From the NCBI GenBank assembly GCA_900554365.1, contig USGY01000004.1:3633-67632 (forward strand): a DNA stretch of 64,000 bases, given 5' to 3'. The notes beneath the pieces were generated by a model. It was not told where the DNA came from and ran no database searches. It worked only from the letters and a program-made list of their open reading frames with translations. Position 1 is the first letter of the stretch. Each line of letters starts with the position of its first letter. Both the position numbers and the translations under genes were made by a program. Shown here one piece after another: positions 46,493 to 57,151 of this stretch. Source of the DNA: an uncultured Clostridium sp. Lineage in GTDB: Bacteria > Bacillota > Clostridia > TANB77 > CAG-508.

Positions 46493-47971
46493 ATGGATAA
46501 TACAAAATTGTATCAAGACATCTCAAAAAGAACTGATGGTGATATTTATGTAGGAGTTGTCGGTCCAGTTAGAACCGGAAAATCCACTTTTATAAAGAAA
46601 TTTATGGATTTACTTGTAATTCCTAACATAGATAATGAATACAAAAAAGAACGTGCAAAAGATGAGCTTCCTCAAAGTGCAGGAGGCAAAACTATTATGA
46701 CCACTGAGCCAAAATTTATTCCAAATGAAGCTATAGAAATCACTTTAGATAATAACTTAAAATTTAAAACAAGATTGGTTGATTGCGTAGGTTATCTTGT
46801 TGATAATGCAATAGGCTATTTAGAAGATGATATGCCTAGAATGGTTAAAACTCCATGGTCTGATGAAGAAATTCCTTTTGAAAAAGCTGCAGAAATTGGA
46901 ACTAAAAAAGTTATAGAAGAACATTCTACAATAGGAATTTTAGTCACAACTGATGGCACTATTACAGACATTCCAAGAGAAGATTATATAAAAGCTGAAG
47001 AAAGAGTTGTAAGTGAATTAAAAAATTTAAATAAACCATTTATAATTTTATTAAATTCTGCTGAACCAAACTCTCAATATACTTTAGAACTTTCTCAAAA
47101 ATTAACAGAAAAATATCAAACTGCAGTTCTTCCAATTAATTGTGAAAATCTTAGCATTAATGATATAAATAATATTTTTTCTAAAGTATTATATGAATTT
47201 CCTGCAGATCAAGTAAGAATAAAATTTCCAAAATGGATTGATGGTCTTGATTTTTCTCATCCTTTAAAAACTGAATTATTTAATGAAATTAAAAACGCAT
47301 TTGAAAATATAAATGTTTTAAAAGATGTCTCTGTTTGTGTTAATAAAATTAAAACAACAGAAATAATTGCAAATACTACAATTAGCGATATGCAATTAGG
47401 AACAGGAAATGTAAGTGTTAATATAACTTTAAAAGAAGAATTATTCTATAAAGTTCTAACAGAAATTACAGGTGTTGATGTGGAAAATGAAGGCGATTTA
47501 TTCCGTATAATTTCTGAATTATCTGTTACTAAGAAAAAATATGATAAAATTTCTTATGCACTAGATGAAGTAGAACGTAAAGGTTATGGCATTGTTACAC
47601 CTTCTATTGACGAGCTTGTTTTAGAAGAACCTGAAATGGTTAAACAAGGTTCTCGATTTGGAGTGAAATTAAAAGCTACTGCTCCATCAATTCATTTAAT
47701 AAAAACAAATGTCCATACAGAAGTTTCTCCAATTGTAGGTTCTGAAAAGCAATCTGAAGAACTTGTTAATTATTTACTTTCAGGCTTTGAAAATGATCCT
47801 AAGAAAATCTGGGAATCTAATATTTTTGGAAAAAGCTTACATGAGCTTGTAAATGAAGGGCTTCAAGCTAAACTTGCAAAAATGCCAGAAGATGCTCAAA
47901 TAAAATTACAAGAAACCTTAGAGCGTATTGTTAATGAGGGTTCTGGTGGTTTAATATGCATTATTTTATAA
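46493..47971 (+). CDS. spoIVA: stage IV sporulation protein A
   Basis: 492 aa. Walker A GVVGPVRTGKSTFIKKF and conserved C-terminus GSGGLICIIL. Confidence 0.92.
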   Translation: MDNTKLYQDISKRTDGDIYVGVVGPVRTGKSTFIKKFMDLLVIPNIDNEYKKERAKDELPQSAGGKTIMTTEPKFIPNEAIEITLDNNLKFKTRLVDCVGYLVDNAIGYLEDDMPRMVKTPWSDEEIPFEKAAEIGTKKVIEEHSTIGILVTTDGTITDIPREDYIKAEERVVSELKNLNKPFIILLNSAEPNSQYTLELSQKLTEKYQTAVLPINCENLSINDINNIFSKVLYEFPADQVRIKFPKWIDGLDFSHPLKTELFNEIKNAFENINVLKDVSVCVNKIKTTEIIANTTISDMQLGTGNVSVNITLKEELFYKVLTEITGVDVENEGDLFRIISELSVTKKKYDKISYALDEVERKGYGIVTPSIDELVLEEPEMVKQGSRFGVKLKATAPSIHLIKTNVHTEVSPIVGSEKQSEELVNYLLSGFENDPKKIWESNIFGKSLHELVNEGLQAKLAKMPEDAQIKLQETLERIVNEGSGGLICIIL

Positions 47972-47977
47972 AAAATT

Positions 47978-48001
47978 AACCGTAGCCATATAGCTACGGT
48001 T
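47978..48001. terminator. bidirectional terminator between spoIVA and nrdI
   Basis: Perfect 9-bp stem AACCGTAGC/GCTACGGTT with a 6-nt loop and AT/T-rich flanks. Confidence 0.6.
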
Positions 48002-48007
48002 ATATTT

Positions 48008-48364
48008 TTATTGTTTACTTAAAATGTCTTTTATTTTTTCTATGTCTTCATCTGTTCCAGCATTTTCTACTTTATATAAAAATGGAACATTATATTGTTC
48101 ACTTATTTTATCTCCAGCTTGGCAATAAGCTTCGCCATATCCTGTGTCTCCACTTGCAATAACACCTTTTATTTTATCTCCATTTTTCTCTAAAAATGTT
48201 TCTACTTCATATGGTATATCTCCATAACCATCTGTATAAGTAAATAATATATATTCTTCTTGACATTCCTCGCTTCCATCTTCTATTCTTAATGGTTCTG
48301 AAACTTCAAGTCTGTTAATAATGCTTTCAACATTTCCTGTTCTTGATGCATAAACTATTTTCAT
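48008..48364 (-). CDS. nrdI: NrdI-like flavodoxin
   Basis: 118 aa. MKIVYASRTGNVESIINRL N-terminus and GVIASGDTGYGEAYC, as in class Ib RNR NrdI proteins. No nrdEF genes lie in the window. Confidence 0.6.
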   Translation of the reverse strand: MKIVYASRTGNVESIINRLEVSEPLRIEDGSEECQEEYILFTYTDGYGDIPYEVETFLEKNGDKIKGVIASGDTGYGEAYCQAGDKISEQYNVPFLYKVENAGTDEDIEKIKDILSKQ

Positions 48365-48443
48365 TTTTTCCTACCTCCTTACTAGGTTATTGTATTCAAA
48401 TAATATAATTTTATTTATAAAATGTCAATAGTTTTCCAACAAT

Positions 48444-49589
48444 TTATTCTACTAAGTCAGGATAGTTAAAAACTTTTCCACCTGGAGTAAATTGTCCACT
48501 TGGTTTATGGTCTTTTGAAAATTCACTACTTCCTTTTAAGAAATATTTATATTTTGCACTTTTGCTTACTTTTCTTCCACCTTCTGTAACAGGATCATCC
48601 CATGTACAATCTATTGCATACCAACTTCCATTTACTTCAACATAATTCCAAGCATGGTTTTCTGTCTGTCCATTTGTGTTTGTTCCTTCTCCTATTACTA
48701 ATACACATGGTATTTGCATTCCATCCATAATATATTTAAAAGCTCTTGCATATCCCTCACAAACAGCAACTTTATTTACTAAACAACCATATGCATTATA
48801 AATATTAGGTTGTGATATGCTTGTATCATATTCTGTATTATCTACTATATAATCATGAACCATTTTTATATCATCATAATCATTTCCTGTTTTTTGTTCA
48901 ACTAAATTTTCTCGTATTTGTTCCATTTGTTGTAAAGCTGATTCCACTTGATTTTTAGATGAAAATTCATCAATTAAATAATTGTTTTCGTCACCATTAT
49001 TTATATATACATTATATGTTGTATTTTTAGATTGTGTAGTTTTTTCAATATTTAAGTATAATTTATTTGGAGTTAAATAAAATACATCTGTATTATCATA
49101 AGTATATGCTTCAATTGCTGATTGATAATATTTTGATAATTCATCTTGCCCATTTTCATTATTTAATATATTAGAAAAGCTGTTTCCAAGTTCTACTTTA
49201 TAATTTCCGCTTCTCATTTTTTCTTTATTACTTTCAAATGCTTTATATATTGTTTTAGAAGCTGAATCTAATTGATTATAAAAATATTTATCAACATTTA
49301 CTTTGCTGTAATCAACATTATTATTATTTGATGCTGATTTTATTCCATCTAAAACATTATTATTATTTACTATTTTAGGTGCTTTTATTGTCTCTGTATC
49401 TACTGTATTTTCACTAGAAATTTGAGTTTGAAATTTTTCTGGTTCAGCAGATGCTTCTGAGGTTTTTATCATATCCCAAGCTATATATCCTATAAAAGCC
49501 ATTATTGATATTAAAAATGTCGAAATAATTGCTGTAATTAAAGCAGATATTTTATCTTTCATATTTTGTCTCCTTTTTATGTTTTTCAA
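48444..49589 (-). CDS. transglutaminase-like (cysteine protease fold) domain protein, membrane-anchored
   Basis: 381 aa with an N-terminal TM. The Cys-His-Asp core is VCEGYARAF ... ENHAWNYV ... AIDCTWDD. Confidence 0.75.
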   Translation of the reverse strand: MKNIKRRQNMKDKISALITAIISTFLISIMAFIGYIAWDMIKTSEASAEPEKFQTQISSENTVDTETIKAPKIVNNNNVLDGIKSASNNNNVDYSKVNVDKYFYNQLDSASKTIYKAFESNKEKMRSGNYKVELGNSFSNILNNENGQDELSKYYQSAIEAYTYDNTDVFYLTPNKLYLNIEKTTQSKNTTYNVYINNGDENNYLIDEFSSKNQVESALQQMEQIRENLVEQKTGNDYDDIKMVHDYIVDNTEYDTSISQPNIYNAYGCLVNKVAVCEGYARAFKYIMDGMQIPCVLVIGEGTNTNGQTENHAWNYVEVNGSWYAIDCTWDDPVTEGGRKVSKSAKYKYFLKGSSEFSKDHKPSGQFTPGGKVFNYPDLVE

Positions 49590-49682
49590 ATTAAATTATA
49601 ACATTTTTTTATTTTTTTAACTAGTATATTTTTTACTTTTTATTGTTATACTAAAAAAAATATTACTGAACTGGAGTAAATT

Positions 49683-51377
49683 ATGAATCTTAAAAATATT
49701 TGGAATAAAATTTTTTCATATCATCCTTCTAATGAGTATGAATTTAATCTTCCTGAAGAAGAGGCTTGGGAAGCCAATTTAAAAAATGATGAAATTTCTG
49801 ATGTAAAAGAAAAACAAAAAATTTATCCTAGCTTAAATGTTAATAAAGAATTTTTACAAACCAAATATAATCTTTTAATAAATAGTGATGTTATATTGCG
49901 AGATTTTACATTAAATGCTCGTGGCAAACAATATCATGCTTTTTTGATTTATATTGATGGAATGGTTGACTCTAAAATAATGGATGATTTTGTTCTAAAA
50001 CCATTAATGCTTAGAAACAGAAACAATTTATTTGATGGTCCTCAAAGTAAAGTTATCTCAGAAGCCGTTACAAATAATATTACAGTTAGAAAAGTTAAAA
50101 AATTTGATTTATCTGGATATTTGATGAATTGTTTAATGCCTCAAAATACTGTCACAGAAATTACTGATTTTGACGAAGCTGCAACTGGTATAAATTCTGG
50201 TAATTGTGTTCTTTTTGTAGACACTCTTTCTTCTGCTTTTGATATTGAAGTTAAAGGTTTTAAGCAAAGAAGTATTGAAAAACCAACTAATGAAATGGTA
50301 ATTAAAGGTCCTCATGAGGCATTTGTTGAAAATATACGTACAAATACATCTTTAATTAGAAGAATTGTAAATAATGAAAACTTAATTGTTGAAAATTTAG
50401 AAGTTGGCAAAATAACAAAAACAAAATGTGCTGTTTGCTATATGAAAAATCTTGCTAATCCTGATTTAATTAATGAAGTTAAATATAGACTAAATAATTT
50501 ATCTGTTGATTCTTTACTTTCTGCTGGTGAATTAGAGCAATTAATTGTTGATTCAAATGAATTAGGTGTTCCTCAAATTTTATCAACCGAAAGACCTGAT
50601 AAAGTAACTAAATACCTTCTAAATGGTCGTGTTGCGGTTCTTATTAATGGAACTCCTTATGCTCTTATTATGCCTGCTGTTTTAATTGATTTCTTATCTT
50701 CTGCTGAAGATACTAATTTAAAAGTTACTTTTAGTAATTTTTTAAGATTATTAAGAGTTTTAGCTGCATTTATTACTTTATTACTTCCAGGATTATATAT
50801 TGCAATTACAAGTTTTCACCAAGAAATACTTCCAACAAGTTTGTTATATTCTATATTAGCAGCTCGTGCAAGTGTTCCTTTTCCTATAATTACTGAAATC
50901 TTAATTATGGAATTTTCTTTTGAAATGATACGAGAAGCAGGTCTTAGAGTTCCTTCTTCTATTGGAACGACAATTAGTATTGTTGGTGCTTTAGTTTTAG
51001 GTCAAGCAGCTGTTAGTGCAGGTATAGTTAGCCCTATATTAATTATTGTAGTTGCATTAACAGGAATATCTTCATTTGCAATTCCTGATTTTTATTTTGG
51101 ATTTCATTTAAGATATTTTAGATTTTTATTTATTATTCTAGGATTTATGGCAGGTTTCTTAGGTATTGCTATTGGATTATTTGTGTATATTTCATTACTA
51201 TGTAATCAAAAATCTTTTGGTGTATCTTTTACAGCTCCTTTTGCCCCATCAACTAACCATAAAGGTAATGGCTATTTACTGCCTCCTATTTGGAAACGTG
51301 AATATAGAGCTCCTTATATCGCTCCAACTAAAGAAAAAAGTCAAGAAAAAATATCTATGAAATGGAAATTTTATTAA
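49683..51377 (+). CDS. spore germination protein, GerA (A-subunit) family
   Basis: 564 aa with the GerAA-type architecture: soluble N-terminal domain plus C-terminal TM bundle (ITEILIMEFSFEMIREAGLRVP). First of an A-B-C operon. Confidence 0.88.
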   Translation: MNLKNIWNKIFSYHPSNEYEFNLPEEEAWEANLKNDEISDVKEKQKIYPSLNVNKEFLQTKYNLLINSDVILRDFTLNARGKQYHAFLIYIDGMVDSKIMDDFVLKPLMLRNRNNLFDGPQSKVISEAVTNNITVRKVKKFDLSGYLMNCLMPQNTVTEITDFDEAATGINSGNCVLFVDTLSSAFDIEVKGFKQRSIEKPTNEMVIKGPHEAFVENIRTNTSLIRRIVNNENLIVENLEVGKITKTKCAVCYMKNLANPDLINEVKYRLNNLSVDSLLSAGELEQLIVDSNELGVPQILSTERPDKVTKYLLNGRVAVLINGTPYALIMPAVLIDFLSSAEDTNLKVTFSNFLRLLRVLAAFITLLLPGLYIAITSFHQEILPTSLLYSILAARASVPFPIITEILIMEFSFEMIREAGLRVPSSIGTTISIVGALVLGQAAVSAGIVSPILIIVVALTGISSFAIPDFYFGFHLRYFRFLFIILGFMAGFLGIAIGLFVYISLLCNQKSFGVSFTAPFAPSTNHKGNGYLLPPIWKREYRAPYIAPTKEKSQEKISMKWKFY

Positions 51378-51388
51378 AAGGTGATTTT

Positions 51389-52495
51389 ATGGTAAAAACA
51401 AAAATTAGTTCTTTAGAAGCAATAATGCTAATTCTAACACTTGTTATAAGTCATAGTATTTTATCATTACCAAATGAAATATTAACTAAATATAATTCAG
51501 CTAGTTTGCTTAATTTATTATATCTTGGAATAATAGCAACATTAATTTCTTTATTGATAGTAAATTTGTTTAAACATTTTCCTGGTTTAGATATTGTTGA
51601 TATTTCTAATGTTTTGGGAGGTACTTGGCTTAGAAATGCTATAGGCATAACTTTTATAATATATTTTATTTTGACATCTAGTGTATTACTTCGTGATTTT
51701 TGTGAAAGTATTAAAATTATTTACTATCCTATAACTAATATTACATTTATAGTAGCTTTTGTAGTAATAGCTGTTTGTATTGCAAATAGTTTAAACTTTA
51801 ATGCAACAATTAAAACAAATCGTATTATTTTACCATTAGCATTAATAAGTATTGTATTTTTATTTATTACTAATATTAATAATTTTAGACCTCAAAGAAT
51901 TTTCCCCATCTTAGGTTCAGGATTTTTTAATACATTTATACTTGGACTTTCTAATATTGCTTCTTTTGGTGGTATTGCATATCTTTATTTTTTACCACCA
52001 CTTTTGAAAAATCCAACAGACTTTAAAAAAATAGCTGTAACTTCTATGATAACAACAACAGTATATTTAATTTTTACAGTTGCTACTTTGCTTTTTATAT
52101 TTTCATTTTTCTTAAATATAAGTGAAATATCCCCATTATATAATGCAACTAGATATATAGAATTTGGATCATTTTTTCAAAGACTAGAATCGGTATTTTT
52201 ACTTATTTGGATTTTGGTTTTTACATGTTATTTAAGTATTTCATTAAAAATGGCAACATATATTTTTCAAAAATTAACAAATTTAAATGATTCAAAAACA
52301 CTTGTGCCAATATTAGGATTATTAACTTTTGGAATAGCTATAATTCCTAATAATTTAGCAATATCGCAGTTTTTTGAAAATAATATTTATCCAAGTCTAA
52401 TGATTGGTATAGTGTTATTTCTTAGTTTAGGTATTTTGATTTTGGCAAACTTTTATAAGAAACATTCAAATACGCAAAAAAGCTCTACTTCTTGA
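51389..52495 (+). CDS. spore germination protein, GerAB (APC-like permease) subunit
   Basis: Ten-TM permease-like protein. Start placed at ATG 51389, after the gerAA stop at 51377. The ORF-track start at 51362 has no Shine-Dalgarno sequence. Confidence 0.85.
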   Translation: MVKTKISSLEAIMLILTLVISHSILSLPNEILTKYNSASLLNLLYLGIIATLISLLIVNLFKHFPGLDIVDISNVLGGTWLRNAIGITFIIYFILTSSVLLRDFCESIKIIYYPITNITFIVAFVVIAVCIANSLNFNATIKTNRIILPLALISIVFLFITNINNFRPQRIFPILGSGFFNTFILGLSNIASFGGIAYLYFLPPLLKNPTDFKKIAVTSMITTTVYLIFTVATLLFIFSFFLNISEISPLYNATRYIEFGSFFQRLESVFLLIWILVFTCYLSISLKMATYIFQKLTNLNDSKTLVPILGLLTFGIAIIPNNLAISQFFENNIYPSLMIGIVLFLSLGILILANFYKKHSNTQKSSTS

Positions 52496-52512
52496 AAGGA
52501 GGTTTTATAATA

Positions 52513-53673
52513 TTGAAATGGTTTAAAAAAATATTTATTTTATTAATGATTTGCATATTTATAGCTGCTTTTTCTAGTTCATATTCTTCTTTAAATATAG
52601 ATAAATTAATTTATGTACTAGCAATAGGAATAGATAAAGGAGCTAATAATACATTAGAAGTAACTTTTCAATTTTCTAATCCTCTTTCTGTTGAAGCAAG
52701 TGGTAGTGAAAAGGCTGAAACCATGACAAATACTGTTACTGCTACTTCAATTAGTGATGCTATAAATTCAATTAATAGTTTTCAAGAACGTCAACTAAAC
52801 TTATCTCATTGCAAAATTGTAATATTTTCAGAAGAACTAGCAAGTCAAGGGATTTCAGATGAAATATATACTTTAATAAATGATACACAAATTCGTCCAT
52901 CTTCTAATATTGTTGTTTGTAAAAGTAAAGCCAAAGATTATATTGAACAAACAAAACCTGAAGTTGAGAATCTTATTTCTAAATATTATGAAACTCTTGC
53001 AAATTCAAGTAAATACACTGGAAGAACTCCTAATGCAACTCTTGGTAATTTTTTTAATGCTTTAATTTGTAAATCCTGTGAGCCATACGCCATTCTTGGA
53101 AGTATAAATGGCGAAAATTCAACAATTCAAGGAAGCAATAAAGTTCAAAATTTGGGTGTTGCTGTTTTTAAAAATGATACTTTAGTTGGAGAATTAAATA
53201 GTAATGATACAATTTCATTTTTAAACATGAAAAATAGCGTAAATAGATTTTTAATTTCTATTCCTGATCCTTTAAATAATAATGAATTAATTGATTTATA
53301 TGTCTCACCTACGAAACCTACAAAAATAGAGGTTGATACATCAACATCAACCCCTTATATAAAAATTAAATGTTATTTTTCAGCTCGTATTTATTCTATG
53401 GCAGAAAATTCTCAATATTTATCTAAAGATGTTTTAGCAGCAATTTCTAATTCTTGCAATAGTTATATAGAATCTATGTTTTTAGATTATTTATATAAAA
53501 CATCAAAAAATTATAAATCAGATATTAGTGATTTTGGAAATTTTGCATTAAAGAATTTTTTAACTACACAAGATTATGAAAATTATAACTGGAGAGAAAA
53601 TTATAAAAATTCTTTTTTTCATGTAAATGTTGATACTTCTGTAAAATCAGGTATGTTAATTACCGCAACTTAA
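52513..53673 (+). CDS. spore germination protein, Ger(x)C family
   Basis: Signal-like N-terminus KWFKKIFILLMICIFIAAF and a GerAC-type body. TTG 52513 is preferred (GGAGG 10 nt upstream). The ORF-track TTG 52492 overlaps that Shine-Dalgarno sequence. Confidence 0.8.
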   Translation: MKWFKKIFILLMICIFIAAFSSSYSSLNIDKLIYVLAIGIDKGANNTLEVTFQFSNPLSVEASGSEKAETMTNTVTATSISDAINSINSFQERQLNLSHCKIVIFSEELASQGISDEIYTLINDTQIRPSSNIVVCKSKAKDYIEQTKPEVENLISKYYETLANSSKYTGRTPNATLGNFFNALICKSCEPYAILGSINGENSTIQGSNKVQNLGVAVFKNDTLVGELNSNDTISFLNMKNSVNRFLISIPDPLNNNELIDLYVSPTKPTKIEVDTSTSTPYIKIKCYFSARIYSMAENSQYLSKDVLAAISNSCNSYIESMFLDYLYKTSKNYKSDISDFGNFALKNFLTTQDYENYNWRENYKNSFFHVNVDTSVKSGMLITAT

Positions 53674-53687
53674 ATTAAAAAGGAGAA

Positions 53688-53721
53688 AATCCAATTATCT
53701 AGTAAAATAGATAATTGGATT
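53688..53721 (+). terminator. hairpin after the ger operon
   Basis: Perfect 13-bp stem AATCCAATTATCT/AGATAATTGGATT with an 8-nt loop. The following tract is AT-rich rather than a clean T-run. Confidence 0.5.
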
Positions 53722-53731
53722 ATATATAATT

Positions 53732-53911
53732 ATGAATAGTATTATTTATCAAATTTTATTTTTATTTATTACAATTTATATTTTTTTAAAAGCTATTGGT
53801 TATGCTTTGTACGAAATTAAAGAACTTAAAAATAAACCTGGTGGAATTACAGTTATTGTTTTTTCCGCTTTAATTGTATTGTTTGTGAATATAGTAATGT
53901 TATTTAAGTAG
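53732..53911 (+). CDS. possible 59-aa two-TM membrane peptide
   Basis: My own translation: MNSIIYQILFLFITIYIFLKAIGYALYEIKELKNKPGGITVIVFSALIVLFVNIVMLFK. It has no recognisable Shine-Dalgarno sequence, and its 3' end overlaps the convergent rnr stop by 8 nt. Confidence 0.25.
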   Translation: MNSIIYQILFLFITIYIFLKAIGYALYEIKELKNKPGGITVIVFSALIVLFVNIVMLFK

Positions 53912-56048
53912 TTTCTTCTTTGTCTTCTTCTTGTACTATTTCAAAATCAATTTCACGTAACTGTTTATTGGCTCTAACAACTCTTATTTTTACTTCATCA
54001 CCTATTTTGTATGTTTTGTTAGAATCTTCACCAATTAATACTTTTCTTTCTTCATCATATATAAAATACTCTCCACCCATTCCGTCAAACCTTACTAAAC
54101 CTTCTACCGTATTTTCAAGTTCAACAAACATTCCAAATGGTGTTATAGATGACACAATACCTTGATATTCTTCTCCAATTTTTCCTTCCATATATTCTGC
54201 TTTTTTCATTTTTTCTGCATCACGTTCTACTTCTGTTGCTACTTTTTCTCTATCTGATGATTTCTTGCTTCTGTCTTCCGCTTCTTTTTTTAGCTTGTCT
54301 ATTTCTTTATCATCTAATATATAATTATTTTTTAAATATTCTGAGATAACTCTATGGATAAATAAATCTGGATATCTTCTAATTGGTGAGGTAAAATGAC
54401 AATAATATTTGCTTGCAATTCCAAAATGTCCTTTGTTTTCAGCCTCATATCTTGCTAATTTTAGTGTTCGTAACAATAATGTAGAAACAACTCTTTCTTC
54501 TGGTGTACCTTTTACTTTTTCCAAGACTTTTTCAAACTCTTTAGGATATACATGATCTTGAGTTGCTTTTATTTGTAATCCAAAATTAAATAAAAATTTA
54601 TTTAATTCTTTTACTTTTTCTAGGTCTGGCTCTTCATGTACACGATATATAAAAGGCGCATCTAACCAATAAAACTTTTCTGCTATTGTTTCGTTTGCTG
54701 TTAGCATAAATTGTTCTATTATCTCATTTGCAAATGTTGTTTCATATTTTCCAACGTTAATTGCTTTTCCTTCAATATCTAAGTCGATTTTACTTTCTGG
54801 AATATTTAAGTTTAAATAGCCATTTTCTAATCTTCTTTCTTTTAAAATTTTAGCTAGTTCTGCCATATTATCAAATTCTTGTATATATGGTTTATATCTT
54901 TCTAAAACGTTTTCATCTGATCTATCTAGTATTTTTTGAACATCTTTATAGCACATTCTTTCTGTTACACATATTACACCTTTATATACTTCACTTGAAG
55001 TTACTTTTCCTTTAGAATTAATTTCCATAGAACATGATAATGTATATCTATCTTCTCCTGCATTTAAACTGCAAATTCCATTTGATAGTTCACGTGGTAA
55101 CATTGGTATAACTCTTCCCAACATATAGATGCTTGTTCCTCTTAATAATGCTTCTTGGTCTAATAAACTATTTTCTTTTACATAATAGCTAACATCTGCT
55201 ATATGGACATCTAATTTATAGTTTCCATTTTCTAATTTGCTAACTCTTACAGCATCATCTAAATCTTTAGCATCTTCTCCATCAATTGTAAAAATTATAT
55301 CATTTCTTTTATCAATTCTATTTTTTATGTCTTTTCTATCTATTTGTGTTCCACAATTAATGGCTTCTTTTACTACTGGCTCTGGAAATCTTGATGGCAA
55401 TTGATATTCTTTTATTATAGAAAGCATATCAACTCCTGCTTCATTAACATTACCTAATACTTCTATAATTTTTCCTTCAGCCTTTTTACCATTTTCAGGA
55501 TATTTTGTAATTTTAACTAATACTTTATGATTATTTCTAGCTTTTCCAAAATTCTTTTTTGATATAAATATATCTGTTCCAAAGTTTTTATCATCTGGCA
55601 CAACAAATCCAAAATTTTTGTTGTTTTGGAATATTCCAACTAAAGTATCTTTTTCATGTTTTAATATTCTTACAACTTTACCTTCTGCACTTTTTATTTT
55701 GTTTTCTTCTTCTATAATTTCTATTAGAACATGGTCTCCATTTAAAGCATTTAATGAATTTTCTTTTGATACAAAGATTTCATCTTCTTGCCCTTCTATT
55801 TTTACAAATCCAAATCCTTTAGCATTTTTTCTAAAATATCCCTCATAATATGTTTTTTCATTTATACTATATCTATTTTTTCTGTTTTTTTGGATTTTCA
55901 TTTCCAATTCTAATTTTCCAATTAATTCTAGAAATTCATGATATTCATTTTTAGGCACTTTCATAAACATTGCTATTTCTTTTGCCTTCATCGGGACATA
56001 ATCATCATCACTCATAAAATCTATAATTTTCTGTTCTCGATCTTCCAT
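53904..56048 (-). CDS. rnr: ribonuclease R
   Basis: 714 aa. Cold-shock/OB N-terminal region, RNB catalytic domain (FTIDGEDAKDLDDAV, HFTSPIRRYPD) and C-terminal S1 domain. Confidence 0.92.
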   Translation of the reverse strand: MEDREQKIIDFMSDDDYVPMKAKEIAMFMKVPKNEYHEFLELIGKLELEMKIQKNRKNRYSINEKTYYEGYFRKNAKGFGFVKIEGQEDEIFVSKENSLNALNGDHVLIEIIEEENKIKSAEGKVVRILKHEKDTLVGIFQNNKNFGFVVPDDKNFGTDIFISKKNFGKARNNHKVLVKITKYPENGKKAEGKIIEVLGNVNEAGVDMLSIIKEYQLPSRFPEPVVKEAINCGTQIDRKDIKNRIDKRNDIIFTIDGEDAKDLDDAVRVSKLENGNYKLDVHIADVSYYVKENSLLDQEALLRGTSIYMLGRVIPMLPRELSNGICSLNAGEDRYTLSCSMEINSKGKVTSSEVYKGVICVTERMCYKDVQKILDRSDENVLERYKPYIQEFDNMAELAKILKERRLENGYLNLNIPESKIDLDIEGKAINVGKYETTFANEIIEQFMLTANETIAEKFYWLDAPFIYRVHEEPDLEKVKELNKFLFNFGLQIKATQDHVYPKEFEKVLEKVKGTPEERVVSTLLLRTLKLARYEAENKGHFGIASKYYCHFTSPIRRYPDLFIHRVISEYLKNNYILDDKEIDKLKKEAEDRSKKSSDREKVATEVERDAEKMKKAEYMEGKIGEEYQGIVSSITPFGMFVELENTVEGLVRFDGMGGEYFIYDEERKVLIGEDSNKTYKIGDEVKIRVVRANKQLREIDFEIVQEEDKEETT

Positions 56049-56131
56049 TACTAAAATTCATTACCTCTTTCTTTTTATAATTTTATTATATAAAAGGGGC
56101 TTGTTTATTAATAAACCGCCCCTAATTTATT

Positions 56132-56380
56132 TTATACCATATATAAAATTCCTAACACAATAGTTAATATCGCAAATACAATTGATAGTATAATTGTCCA
56201 TCTTTTTAATTTTCCTTCTTTAGTTCTACCTTTATTTTTTTCATAAAAGTTGTTTGTTGATGAACCTGTTATTGCTGCAGATAAACCTGCATCTTCTTTT
56301 GCTTGCATTAATGTTAATATTATTATAATTACAGCTACTATAAAATAAATTGCTATTAATATTCCTTTTACGATTGACAT
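56132..56380 (-). CDS. secG: preprotein translocase subunit SecG
   Basis: 82 aa with two TM segments and QAKEDAGLSAAITGSS in the loop. The conserved secG-rnr neighbourhood is present. Confidence 0.85.
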   Translation of the reverse strand: MSIVKGILIAIYFIVAVIIIILTLMQAKEDAGLSAAITGSSTNNFYEKNKGRTKEGKLKRWTIILSIVFAILTIVLGILYMV

Positions 56381-56463
56381 CTGCTATTCCTCCTCACGGT
56401 TTTTCTCATAGTTACTTGCCTATTGTAACATATATTTTATAAAATTGCAACAATATGAAGTTG

Positions 56464-57150
56464 TTATTTTTCGTAAATTTTCCATATTCCTATTTGCTTT
56501 GGTTCACTTATAAATTTCATTTCTTGCTTTGTTATAGGATGTTGTATTATTAATTCGTTTGCCCATAGTGCTATTTGTTTTCCCGTTCCTCTAGTACCAT
56601 ATTTTTGATCTCCATATATACTGTGACCTGCATATGATAATTGAACTCTTATTTGATGATGTCTTCCTGTATGTAAATTTACTTTTACTACACTTAAATT
56701 TTCTTTTTTGTTATAATCTAAAACTTCATAATCTAATTTTGCATATTTTGAATTTGGCACATTTTTATTTACAACTTTACTAAAATTATTTTTTGTATCT
56801 TTATATAAATAATTTTCTAAAGTTCCTTTATTTTCTTTAAATTTTCCATCTACTATAGCTAAATATCTTTTTTTGAATATTTTTTCTCTTACCTGATTAC
56901 TTAATCTTGATGCAGCTTTTGATGTTCTTGCAAATACCATAACTCCACCTACAGGTCTATCTAATCTATGAACTAGTCCTAAATATACATTTCCCGGCTT
57001 ATTGTATTTTTCTTTTATATAACTTTTCACCAGACTTAACATATCTAAATCTTCTGTTTTATCAGCTTGTGATGGTATGTTTGGTATTTTTTCTACAACT
57101 ATTATATGATTATCTTCATATATTACATTTAATTTTGGTTCTTTTTCCAT
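56464..57150 (-). CDS. RluA family pseudouridine synthase
   Basis: Catalytic motif LVHRLDRPVGGVMVFA, plus GRHHQIRVQL. ATG 57150 is preferred over the overlapping GTG 57180. Confidence 0.85.
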   Translation of the reverse strand: MEKEPKLNVIYEDNHIIVVEKIPNIPSQADKTEDLDMLSLVKSYIKEKYNKPGNVYLGLVHRLDRPVGGVMVFARTSKAASRLSNQVREKIFKKRYLAIVDGKFKENKGTLENYLYKDTKNNFSKVVNKNVPNSKYAKLDYEVLDYNKKENLSVVKVNLHTGRHHQIRVQLSYAGHSIYGDQKYGTRGTGKQIALWANELIIQHPITKQEMKFISEPKQIGIWKIYEK

Positions 57151-57151
57151 T